Positions 16,741 through 24,049 of a stretch of 64,000 bases of DNA are shown one piece after another. The notes beneath the pieces were generated by a model. It made no database searches. It was not told the origin of the DNA and worked only from the letters and a program-made list of their open reading frames with translations. Numbering within the stretch: position 1 is the stretch's first letter; each line of letters opens with the position of its first letter. This stretch comes from a virus, in the IMG/VR virus record IMGVR_UViG_3300002026_000009, positions 1-64,000 of that record. One strand, written 5' to 3'. The position numbers and the translations under genes were made by a program.

Positions 16741-17020
16741 GTTGACGGAAACGTATTCTGGACGGCGGGGCAGTACCGCCCAGGTCCACCATAAAACACA
16801 CTACGGCACTGTCTTAGTTCAGTGTGGTTCGATTAAGTAGTGTGTTTTATATTGGGCCTGACACAGTTTCGACAGGGTAAAGAGTACTGATATGGACAAC
16901 TCGTCAGGAGTAGACGTTAAAAGCAAACTAAACTAACCGCAAACGACAGCGAGTTCGCCCTAGCCGCTTAAGGCTTGGCTGAGGTTTGACCCGTTACCTT
17001 ATTAACAAAAACGGGTCACT
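16741..17020 (+). ncRNA. ssrA: circularly permuted (two-piece) tmRNA gene
   Basis: The acceptor piece ends ...GGAC-GGCGG-GGCAGTA-CCGCC-CAGGTCC-A-CCA at 16793. A 12-bp hairpin spacer occupies 16795-16850. The coding piece starts GGGCCTGACACAGTTTCGACAGGG at 16853. The acceptor stem GGGCCTG/CAGGTCC has a G3:U70 pair. The tag ORF GCA AAC GAC AGC GAG TTC GCC CTA GCC GCT TAA (16939-16971) encodes ANDSEFALAA. The outer boundaries are uncertain. Confidence 0.75.
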
Positions 17021-17030
17021 AATTTCTCTC

Positions 17031-17059
17031 TTGAAGACGCTGGTTATCTTTGATATAAT
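17031..17059 (+). promoter_or_regulatory. promoter TTGAAG-N17-TATAAT
   Basis: Hexamers read directly. Confidence 0.55.
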
Positions 17060-17083
17060 TATTGTTCTTTAGGAGATTAAAGC

Positions 17084-17278
17084 ATGGCTGGATATACAAA
17101 AGAATTTTTGGTTGATGCCTTTCTTTCGCGGTATATGGACATTGATCCACAAAAATTTGAAGACCTAGCCACTATGGCTAACAACTTCTATGATGCAGAA
17201 GGCCGCGACAAGTTCCGCGCGTACTGCTCACTAGATGCTGAGGCAATTAGGGTTTATAAAAATTGGCTTGCGGCTTAA
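17084..17278 (+). CDS. hypothetical protein
   Basis: AGGAG RBS. TAA stop. Confidence 0.6.
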   Translation: MAGYTKEFLVDAFLSRYMDIDPQKFEDLATMANNFYDAEGRDKFRAYCSLDAEAIRVYKNWLAA

Positions 17279-17317
17279 TTGGTTTTTTGTTATAATTATT
17301 GTTCTCTTGGAGAATAT

Positions 17318-17515
17318 ATGCCTGTAACATTACACCCAGCAGTTTGGAGCAAAGTTTATGATAACCCCAAAGTGGCTAAGGCCGCATGGGATGCCGGTAA
17401 GGATTTTAAAATCCTAGATGGGCCATACTGCTCAAAACGTGACAGGGAGCTGTTAGTTAAACAGTACGCTAAGATTGTTATCGAGTACAAGCCTGGGCAC
17501 TTTCTTGAGGTATAA
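17318..17515 (+). CDS. hypothetical protein
   Basis: ORF 17279..17515. GGAG RBS before ATG 17318. Confidence 0.55.
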   Translation: MPVTLHPAVWSKVYDNPKVAKAAWDAGKDFKILDGPYCSKRDRELLVKQYAKIVIEYKPGHFLEV

Positions 17516-17525
17516 GAATTCTGTC

Positions 17526-17554
17526 TTGAATGTCTTAGCTAAACGGTGTATAAT
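17526..17554 (+). promoter_or_regulatory. promoter TTGAAT-N17-TATAAT
   Basis: Hexamers read directly. No ORF for about 130 nt downstream. Confidence 0.55.
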
Positions 17555-17560
17555 ATAGTT

Positions 17561-17690
17561 TCTTTCGCAATAACTGAGTATACAGTTGGGCGCGAAATAA
17601 AATAAAGGCCAAAACAACCAGTGTGGATTGCTGTGACCCGTCCTCAGTAGCGCAGAGTCGCTAATCAAGTTTTGAAATATAGACTTGATT
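17561..17690 (+). ncRNA. candidate small RNA
   Basis: A promoter-fed, ORF-free stretch of about 130 nt that ends at the hairpin ATCAAGT...ACTTGAT just before the next promoter. Confidence 0.25.
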
Positions 17691-17713
17691 TCAAAGATTA
17701 TTTAGTATATAAT
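17685..17713 (+). promoter_or_regulatory. promoter TTGATT-N17-TATAAT
   Basis: Hexamers read directly. Confidence 0.55.
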
Positions 17714-17741
17714 TAGTCTTTGAAATCAATTGAGAACCAAA

Positions 17742-18041
17742 ATGCGCGAACTTTACGTTATTGAATTTGAGTCAGCTAACTACGCTGGTGCACACGAAAC
17801 CTGCATGGTATGGGCCACTAGCGAAGATGATGCTCAAACGCAATTTGAGCTATCTGGATGGGGCGAAGATTACTACCGCAAACAAGACTACGATCAGTAC
17901 GTAGACGAAAATGGTAGTGATGAAGATGTAGCTTGCTGGTCAACATTTAATCGTGCTGTGCGCGTGGCAGGTTCTAGTTACGAACAGTTTGTTAACGATC
18001 CTTCGCAAGCTAGTTTTTATCAGATTGTTAACGAAGAATAA
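17742..18041 (+). CDS. hypothetical acidic protein
   Basis: ORF 17730..18041. ATG at 17742. TAA stop. Confidence 0.6.
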   Translation: MRELYVIEFESANYAGAHETCMVWATSEDDAQTQFELSGWGEDYYRKQDYDQYVDENGSDEDVACWSTFNRAVRVAGSSYEQFVNDPSQASFYQIVNEE

Positions 18042-18046
18042 ATAAT

Positions 18047-18129
18047 GGAGTAGATGGAACAATGGCGTTCTAGCCGGCTGTAACCCGGTGGCCTCTGGCA
18101 GGTAAGTTCGATCCTTACCTACTCCACCA
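18047..18129 (+). tRNA. tRNA-Tyr (GTA)
   Basis: Acceptor GGAGTAG/CTACTCC, anticodon loop CTGTAAC, long variable arm, T loop TTCGATC, A73, CCA encoded. Confidence 0.85.
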
Positions 18130-18277
18130 ATTTTATTAGAAATCTTCTAGCAATAGACACTTGGGCATACTGGACGCAGTACATGAGGCTTGACAGCCTA
18201 CAAGTGGCCGATACGTAGACTAAAGCCCGGCAGGGTGATTAAGATGCGTAGTCGGGGGATTCCTAATAAGATTAGTC

Positions 18278-18361
18278 GGGAGAGTGGTGGAATGGCATAC
18301 ACAGGGCGCTTAAAACGCCCCGCCGCAAGGCATACGGGTTCGAATCCCGTCTCTCCTACCA
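18278..18361 (+). tRNA. tRNA-Leu (TAA)
   Basis: Class II. Anticodon arm GGGCG-CTTAAAA-CGCCC, long variable arm, T arm ACGGG-TTCGAAT-CCCGT, A73, CCA. Confidence 0.8.
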
Positions 18362-18366
18362 ATTAT

Positions 18367-18443
18367 GCGGATATGACGAAATAGGTAAACGTGTCACGCT
18401 TAGAACGTGAATTCTGGGGGTTCGAGTCCCTCTATCCGCACCA
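18367..18443 (+). tRNA. class I tRNA with anticodon TAG (formally Leu-CUA reader, identity uncertain)
   Basis: Perfect acceptor GCGGATA/TATCCGC, anticodon arm TCACG-CTTAGAA-CGTGA, 5-nt variable loop, A73, CCA. 77 nt. Confidence 0.7.
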
Positions 18444-18454
18444 AGTTTTATGCA

Positions 18455-18526
18455 GCAGTTAGTGTAGTGGAAGCACATGAGTCTGTGAAACTCATAGGAA
18501 CGGATCGTATCCGTACTGACTGCCCA
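18455..18526 (+). tRNA. tRNA-His (GTG)
   Basis: G-1 (18455) lies opposite C73. Acceptor CAGTTAG/CTGACTG, anticodon arm TGAGT-CTGTGAA-ACTCA, reduced D arm, T loop ATCGTAT, CCA. Confidence 0.75.
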
Positions 18527-18538
18527 AAGATAGTTAAT

Positions 18539-18613
18539 GGAGCATTCGTCTATCGGTTAGGACACCTGGTTTTCATCCAGATAAGAGGAGTTCGATTCTC
18601 CTATGCTCTTCCA
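18539..18613 (+). tRNA. tRNA-Glu (TTC)
   Basis: Acceptor GGAGCAT/ATGCTCT, anticodon loop TTTTCAT, T arm AGGAG-TTCGATT-CTCCT. Confidence 0.8.
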
Positions 18614-18642
18614 AATTTTTCAACAGCAACTAAAAGGCAAAC

Positions 18643-18771
18643 ATGAGCTACAATCGCGAACTGGAAACTGACAAGCAAGCTAAACAAACCTCGGACAAAA
18701 ATCTGAAGGCTGCAGCTAGTGAGCGACTGAAGAAAAACGCCGAGTGGAAAAAGCGTAATCAAGCTAAATAA
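18643..18771 (+). CDS. hypothetical small basic protein (42 aa)
   Basis: MSYNRELETDKQAKQ...KKRNQAK. Lies between tRNA genes. Confidence 0.3.
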   Translation: MSYNRELETDKQAKQTSDKNLKAAASERLKKNAEWKKRNQAK

Positions 18772-18778
18772 CCTACGT

Positions 18779-18873
18779 GCCACCATAGCTTAACGGTAAA
18801 GCTCCGGCCTTATACTCCGGCGATGGCTCTAGATTGGGGCATGATATAGGTTCGAATCCTATTGGTGGTACCA
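18779..18873 (+). tRNA. atypical tRNA, anticodon TAT (Ile-AUA type) with 25-nt variable insertion
   Basis: Acceptor GCCACCA/TGGTGGT, D arm GCTT-AACGGTA-AAGC, anticodon arm CCGGC-CTTATAC-TCCGG, extra hairpin at 18821-18845, T arm ATAGG-TTCGAAT-CCTAT, CCA. Confidence 0.55.
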
Positions 18874-18874
18874 A

Positions 18875-18985
18875 ATGAATAAACTAAAAACGCACTTGTT
18901 ACTAACAAGCATAATGTTATGCTGTATACTGTTTGCAGTGTGGTTCAACATCGTAGTGCTGTTTATTAGTTTTGTAAGTAATTAA
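18875..18985 (+). CDS. small membrane protein (36 aa)
   Basis: MNKLKTHLLLTSIMLCCILFAVWFNIVVLFISF. Confidence 0.3.
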   Translation: MNKLKTHLLLTSIMLCCILFAVWFNIVVLFISFVSN

Positions 18986-19061
18986 CGCGGGGTATGTCAG
19001 CGGCAGACGGCTGGGCTCATAACCCAGAGGTCGTGGGTTCGAGTCCCACCCACCGCAACCA
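18986..19061 (+). tRNA. tRNA-Met (CAT), initiator-like
   Basis: The 5' CGCGGGG and the anticodon arm CTGGG-CTCATAA-CCCAG carry three G:C pairs, as in fMet tRNAs. The 3' end is ...CGCAACCA. Confidence 0.75.
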
Positions 19062-19068
19062 AATAAAT

Positions 19069-19143
19069 GCATCGTTAGCTCAGAGGTAGAGTTCCTGATT
19101 TACATTCAGGCTGTCGGCAGTTCGATCCTGTCACGATGTACCA
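19069..19143 (+). tRNA. tRNA-Val (TAC)
   Basis: Acceptor GCATCGT/ACGATGT, anticodon arm CCTGA-TTTACAT-TCAGG, CCA. Confidence 0.85.
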
Positions 19144-19148
19144 AATAT

Positions 19149-19224
19149 CCGTCCGTGGTCTAATGGATAAGGCAAGGGACTTCTATTCCCTACGATATGG
19201 GTTCGACTCCTGTCGGGCGGGCCA
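19149..19224 (+). tRNA. tRNA-Arg (TCT)
   Basis: Acceptor CCGTCCG/CGGGCGG, anticodon arm AGGGA-CTTCTAT-TCCCT, G73, CCA. Confidence 0.85.
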
Positions 19225-19239
19225 ATAATTTAAAATACT

Positions 19240-19407
19240 ATGAACGTACTTGTTGTATCAAATCCAGAACTTGGTTGGGATTGTGTTATTGGTGTCTACG
19301 CTGACACACCACGCAATCGTGAACTACTGCAGTCCAAAGAAGAAAATGACGGGTATGTAATCACAGAGCGAGATCTAGAGCAGGACTACGAAGATTGTAC
19401 TGATTGA
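19240..19407 (+). CDS. hypothetical small acidic protein (55 aa)
   Basis: MNVLVVSNPELGWDCVIGVYAD... TGA stop. Confidence 0.4.
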   Translation: MNVLVVSNPELGWDCVIGVYADTPRNRELLQSKEENDGYVITERDLEQDYEDCTD

Positions 19408-19472
19408 TATTTGTAACTCAACTAACTTAAAGGAGAACATTATGCGATTGTGAACAACAACAGGAGCATAAT

Positions 19473-19832
19473 ATGTCTAGAACATACAAAGACAAAAAGT
19501 GGAAGCTACGTCACCCAGAAAATGAATATACATTTGGTGTCGAACGTGTAGCATATGAAGTACAGCGTAGAAACTGGAGCACAGGCGAACTGCTAGACGA
19601 GTACTCTACACGTTATGCATACTTTGATATTCCAGGTGCAAAAAAGAAAAAGCCTCGTCATGAGCATGGTGTGTGGAACTGGTGCAGGAATACGCCTAGT
19701 TGGTGGAATAAAATGACCAGTCATGTCCCAAAGCGTGCTAAGTGCCGTAATTGGGAAAAGACTCGTACGCTAGATAATCTTGACGAAACCTGTCCAGACT
19801 ACGGACGCAAGCCACACATTTACTACTATTGA
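19473..19832 (+). CDS. hypothetical basic protein
   Basis: ORF track entry. AGGAG RBS. TGA stop. Confidence 0.6.
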   Translation: MSRTYKDKKWKLRHPENEYTFGVERVAYEVQRRNWSTGELLDEYSTRYAYFDIPGAKKKKPRHEHGVWNWCRNTPSWWNKMTSHVPKRAKCRNWEKTRTLDNLDETCPDYGRKPHIYYY

Positions 19833-19842
19833 AAAAATTTAC

Positions 19843-19871
19843 TTGACTTTTGGCTGCATATGTACTATAAT
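19843..19871 (+). promoter_or_regulatory. promoter TTGACT-N17-TATAAT
   Basis: Hexamers read directly. Confidence 0.6.
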
Positions 19872-19901
19872 ATGTATGTGGTCAAAAATTATAGGAAAAA
19901 T

Positions 19902-20630
19902 ATGACAATAGGTATTTATAGGCTAATATTTAAAGGTACGGATAAAGTTTATATTGGTCAGTAGGTAAATATAAAGAATAGATATTCTGAGCACCTGCGT
20001 ACATTTAAAGAAGGAAGTGCATCTTGTAAACTGCAAGATGCATATAATTTATACGATATACCTAGCCTAGATATACTGTGTTAGTGTAATCTAACTGAGT
20101 TAGACTCACTAGAGAATGAGGCCATAGAACTTTTTGATAGTGCTAATAATGGGTTTAATACATTTACTCATGAAGGTGGGTCTATACGAAGTGCTGGTGG
20201 GCTAGACCACTGGAACTCGAAGTATCCTAAACGACTTATATTAAAAGTCTTTGCAGCTCTCATTAGATACAAAGACTTATCGTATGCTGCAATAGCTAGA
20301 AAGTTAAACACTTCTCCGTATTTAGTACACAATGTTGTATCTGGGAAGCATCATTTATGGTTGAAAGATTCATATCCAGGTAAATTTGCTATAATGTTAG
20401 AGCTTAAAGCCGGTAAAAAAGATAGAACTAAGAAAACAATAAGTACAGAATTAGGTAATATACCAGTACTTGTATCCCCATCAGGTGATTATTTCAAAGT
20501 ACCGAATATTCGACAGTTTTGTGTAGAGCATCCAGACTTTTGTAGTAACATAGATGCATCTAGATCGTCTTTAGGTAAAGTAATTAAAGGCACAAAGACT
20601 TCTCACAAAGGCTGGGTATTAGCCTCTTAA
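19902..20630 (+). CDS. GIY-YIG homing endonuclease, 2 in-frame TAG (19962, 20082)
   Basis: One frame reads MTIGIYRLIFKGTDKVYIGQ-TAG-VNIKNRYSEH...KGWVLAS, 243 codons with no TAA or TGA. The ORF track shows only the last third (20361..20630). Confidence 0.7.
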
Positions 20631-20638
20631 ATATTGTC

Positions 20639-20667
20639 TTGATTTTGTAAACCAAACCGTGTATAAT
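20639..20667 (+). promoter_or_regulatory. promoter TTGATT-N17-TATAAT
   Basis: Hexamers read directly. Confidence 0.55.
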
Positions 20668-20687
20668 TATTGTTTTAAAGGATAATT

Positions 20688-21647
20688 ATGCTCGGTTTCG
20701 CTTGTAAAATTAACAGTGCATACGATACAGCAGCTTCCGGGCTGAATATCAAGGGTACAACTCTTACATGGTTACGTGCTAACCCTGATAAAGCGTATAT
20801 CAAGCTATCTGACTTGTTGCGCGATAATCTCAAGGCATTAGAGGCTCAGATTGAGTTTATTGGTGCCCTGCCAAAGCAGCAGCGAATGTTTCGTATTACC
20901 AGTGACTTGCTTCCCGCATACACTACTGATGATTTTATGCCATTCTACTACCAAGATCATATCCAGCAAATACTGGAACATATACTTGGTCGTATTGGTG
21001 CTCGTGCTAGATAGTTAGGCATTCGCCTTTCAATGCATCCTGGCCAGTTCTGTGTATTAGCTAGCGATAATCCAGCGGTTGTAGAAAATTCTATTGCAGA
21101 GTTTGAGTATCACGCTGATATTATTCGTTGGCTAGGGTACGGTAAAACATTTCAAGACTTTAAGTGTAATATCCACATTGGTGGTAAACGTGGCCCTGCG
21201 GGACTGCGTGAAGCGTACTACCAGCTTAGTCAAACTGCACGTAACTGCATTACAGTTGAAAATCAGGAATTTACCTGGGGACTAGAGCATTGCCTAGAAT
21301 TGGCTGATATTATACCTACTGTATTCGATATTCACCACGACTGGATTTACAACGGCAAATATCGTACAGAAATTCCTCTAGACGTGCTAACTAGCTGGCG
21401 TGGGCTTCGTCCTACAATGCATGTTAGCTGTTCTAGAGTTCGTGAGCATGACGCAACGGCTATAGCTACCAAGCAAGCACTACGTGCTCATAGTGATTAC
21501 ATCTACGAGTCTGTGCTGGTAGACGAGCTACTGCCATGTTACCATGAACACTTTGATATAATGGTTGAGGCCAAAGAAAAGAATTTTGCTCAGCAACAGC
21601 TTGTCGATAGTTGGGTAGAAAAATTTGGATTTGACCCCAATGTTTGA
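20688..21647 (+). CDS. UV-damage endonuclease (UvdE family), 1 in-frame TAG (21012)
   Basis: ORFs 20688..21014 and 21033..21647 are in frame. Motifs FRITSDLLP, IRLSMHPGQF, NIHIGG, ENQE and DIHHD span the TAG. Confidence 0.75.
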
Positions 21648-21659
21648 TTACTGTATAAT
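21631..21659 (+). promoter_or_regulatory. promoter TTGACC-N17-TATAAT
   Basis: Hexamers read directly. Feeds the tRNA block at 21.8-22.4 kb. Confidence 0.55.
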
Positions 21660-21804
21660 TTATTTATAAATTGAAAGAGCGACTCATTATCCTTAAATGG
21701 TAGCGAGAAAGGCGCGTTTACTAGGATCGTAAAAACAACTAGACGGGCAGTGTATCAATGCTTAGTAATAATTTGATGCCGGTACCCATACGACAATGGG
21801 TTAT

Positions 21805-21880
21805 CTCTGGTTCGGTTAGCGGCTATACCTCTACGTTTGGGACGTAGCTTTCGTAGGTTCGAGTCCTACACCAGAGACCA
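21805..21880 (+). tRNA. tRNA-Pro (TGG)
   Basis: C1:G72 acceptor CTCTGGT/ACCAGAG, anticodon arm CTACG-TTTGGGA-CGTAG, CCA. Confidence 0.85.
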
Positions 21881-22061
21881 TAAGTAAATATCTTGCTAGT
21901 TCCATGTATTTGGAACCTTGCACTCCAGTGAAATAAGGGTACCCGGCCGGTATATCCCTAAAGCGGAGTAGTTCTAGTATAGCTAGCCTTTAGCGGGGTA
22001 GTGCAAAAGCTAGAGTATGCGTAATTTGACTACGTAGGCAGCAAACAGGATATTTAATTAT

Positions 22062-22136
22062 GGGCTATTAGTGCTAACGGGAACACGCCTGGTTTGCAAC
22101 CAGGAATTGACAGTTCGATCCTGTCATGGTCCACCA
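22062..22136 (+). tRNA. tRNA-Ala (TGC)
   Basis: G3:U70 acceptor GGGCTAT/ATGGTCC, anticodon arm CCTGG-TTTGCAA-CCAGG, CCA. Confidence 0.85.
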
Positions 22137-22331
22137 AAACCTACCTTAGGGTTCGTTGTCGCAACGGTTAGAGGCTAATACCTCAGGCGTCCGTGATCTA
22201 TATAGTCGTCACGTTAAACCTCTTTATGAGTGACCACAGCCGCCAAGCAGTGGGGTACAAAGGAACTATACGTATTATGTACGCGGTAGGAGCGAAATGC
22301 CTACGCTGGAGTCGTAACCAGCACTAATTCA

Positions 22332-22411
22332 GGAGGTAGGGACTGCACGGCGTGGTCGCCACACTGTCACTGTGGATATTCAGATGGGTTCAATTCCCAT
22401 TACCTTCGCCA
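22332..22411 (+). tRNA. tRNA-Asp (GTC)
   Basis: Acceptor GGAGGTA/TACCTTC, anticodon arm CCACA-CTGTCAC-TGTGG, G73, CCA. 8-nt variable loop. Confidence 0.8.
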
Positions 22412-22487
22412 GTTTAGCCGAAAAGGGTAGCTCCCTCCGTTATTACCACGAATAATAACTAGGCTTTCATCTTTCGTGGAGATTATA

Positions 22488-23213
22488 ATGAATAGTGGAA
22501 TTTACTCCCTTAAATGGGATTAGCAAGGTTTAATATATGTTGGCCTAAGCCAGGATATAGATGGCAGATTGAAAAGTCATATAAATATGTTACTAGGTAA
22601 CAGGCATACTAACTATAAAGTACAGAATGCTTTTAATAAATTTGGGCATCCAAGTACAGAAGTACTTGAATTATGTGACATATAGAAGCTAGCAGAAAGA
22701 GAAGTTTATTGGTGTAATAAACTAAATGCGCTAGGACCAAATGGGTTATGTATTGTTGAGCCTGGAATAGTAGGTTTTGGTACAAATAGCAACTATACTA
22801 AATATAGTAAATATCAAATACTAAAAGTATTTTCCTTGTTATACAATGGTCAAAAAAGTTAGACAGAAATAGAATAGATGACCAAAGTATAGTCTAGGAC
22901 TGTAAAAGATATTTCACGTGGTAATTAGCACTTATGGTTAAGGGAACAGTATCCCCAAAAATATGATTTAATGCTAAAAGCTGATAGAGCCGCTATAGGT
23001 ATTCAATAGAAATCCAGAACATTAAAAGGATACTTACTAACTCCATAGCTAGATGTCGTGCCTATACACAGTTATGCAGATTTTGTACGAAATATACATC
23101 CAGAACTGGATCAAAAGTAGATAAATACTATGGTCTAGGGTTTGGCAAGAGTTTTACGTGGCGAACGTAAAACTTATAAAGGGTATAGTAGAGCAGATGG
23201 AGTAGTCGCATAA
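22488..23213 (+). CDS. GIY-YIG homing endonuclease, 10 in-frame TAG
   Basis: 242 codons (MNSGIYSLKWD-TAG-QGLIYVGLSQDIDGRLKSH...YKGYSRADGVVA) with ten TAG and no TAA or TGA until 23211. The 3' end overlaps the suppressor tRNA. Confidence 0.6.
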
Positions 23214-23285
23214 CGGTATTGCAGGGGTCTCTAAAACCCCCGGTCAGAAATGGCCTTCTGAGTTCGACCCTCAGCTACTCCGCCA
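23199..23285 (+). tRNA. suppressor tRNA, anticodon CTA (reads TAG); Ser-type architecture
   Basis: Reads as GGAGTAG TC GCATAACGGTATTGC A GGGGT CTCTAAA ACCCC CGGTCAGAAATGGCCTT CTGAG TTCGACC CTCAG CTACTCC G CCA. It has a 3-bp D stem, a 17-nt variable arm, G73, and G2:C71, A3:U70 and C11:G24 pairs. Its arm lengths and variable arm match tRNA-Ser(GCT) at 27406. Confidence 0.85.
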
Positions 23286-23295
23286 AAAGAAAACG

Positions 23296-23577
23296 ATGAT
23301 AAAAGTACCTGATGAGTGGTTGCCACTAGCCAATGAGTTGTTAGCAGATTTAAATCTGCTGAAAAAACAAAAAGTATACGAGACACTAGAAGTCTTATGG
23401 ATAGTAGAAAAAGACAGGCACTTAAAAGTTGCCTATAGATTAGAGCCTGATGTTGATGAATTATATGAAGTAATCATGAACATCATTAAGTATTACGAGA
23501 AACATATGCAAGCTATTTCCTTTACCAAAACAAGTAATATCCAGGGTAATACTGGAGGAAGTAGCACAGCCTTTTGA
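23296..23577 (+). CDS. hypothetical protein
   Basis: ORF track entry. TGA stop. Confidence 0.6.
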   Translation: MIKVPDEWLPLANELLADLNLLKKQKVYETLEVLWIVEKDRHLKVAYRLEPDVDELYEVIMNIIKYYEKHMQAISFTKTSNIQGNTGGSSTAF

Positions 23578-23601
23578 TTTATAGACTTACTCTATAAACT
23601 C

Positions 23602-23626
23602 AAGGGGCCAATTGGCCCCTTTTTTA
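23602..23626 (+). terminator. intrinsic terminator AAGGGGCC-AATT-GGCCCCTT + T run
   Basis: Read directly. Confidence 0.7.
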
Positions 23627-23628
23627 TT

Positions 23629-23703
23629 GCCCCATTATCCTTAATGGCAGAGGTCTGCTTTTGTAATGCAGGTGTGTGTGTTCGATTCATACATGGGGCA
23701 CCA
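23629..23703 (+). tRNA. tRNA-Thr (TGT)
   Basis: Acceptor GCCCCAT/ATGGGGC, anticodon loop TTTGTAA, CCA. Confidence 0.8.
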
Positions 23704-23714
23704 GAATTTCTGTC

Positions 23715-23743
23715 TTGATTTACCAAAGCCTTTCGTGTATAAT
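23715..23743 (+). promoter_or_regulatory. promoter TTGATT-N17-TATAAT
   Basis: Hexamers read directly. Confidence 0.55.
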
Positions 23744-23767
23744 AGAGGCTTAAACAGTGAGAAAAAC

Positions 23768-23962
23768 ATGAATTACCGTAAGCGCAAAAAAGCTATTACC
23801 AAGAAGCTAGCGCTACAAGGTGTACGTTTAGCGTACAATCCTCTTAACCGACATGCAGGCAGCGAATATGAGTTTTACCTATTCCAATTGCGTGTTTTAA
23901 AAAATATGAAAAGAGCACTAAATGAGCGCAAAAAATCGAAAAAAGCTGCCAAAGCCGCGTAA
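23768..23962 (+). CDS. hypothetical highly basic protein (64 aa)
   Basis: ORF 23666..23962, trimmed to the Met after the tRNA and promoter. Confidence 0.5.
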   Translation: MNYRKRKKAITKKLALQGVRLAYNPLNRHAGSEYEFYLFQLRVLKNMKRALNERKKSKKAAKAA

Positions 23963-24049
23963 CATATTTGCGACTTTGGCATGTAAACGGGTTGCTGGTT
24001 CCCATACAAAACCATACAAATCACTTCGCGGTAGGCTAAATCGCGATAC

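Noticed and set aside
18190-18646. ORFs 18190..18384 and 18407..18646, and similar ORFs over the other tRNA blocks (24505..24717, 24762..24947, 24799..24981, 27939..28163, 29518..29742, 29631..29855).
   Set aside because: They are read straight through tRNA genes and have no translation signals. They are artefacts of ORF calling.
19902-23213. The TAG-interrupted GIY-YIG, UvdE, ClpP-like and PhoH genes could be pseudogenes.
   Set aside because: All 34 interruptions are TAG. There is not a single TAA, TGA or frameshift. Conserved motifs continue in frame on both sides, and a tRNA(CUA) gene is present. Random decay would not produce this pattern.
23199-23285. TAG could be reassigned to Gln, the most commonly reported phage recoding, or to Tyr or Leu.
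   Set aside because: The CUA tRNA is class II with G73 and copies the architecture of the phage tRNA-Ser(GCU). Gln tRNAs are class I, and Tyr and Leu tRNAs carry A73. These options are not formally excluded without charging data.
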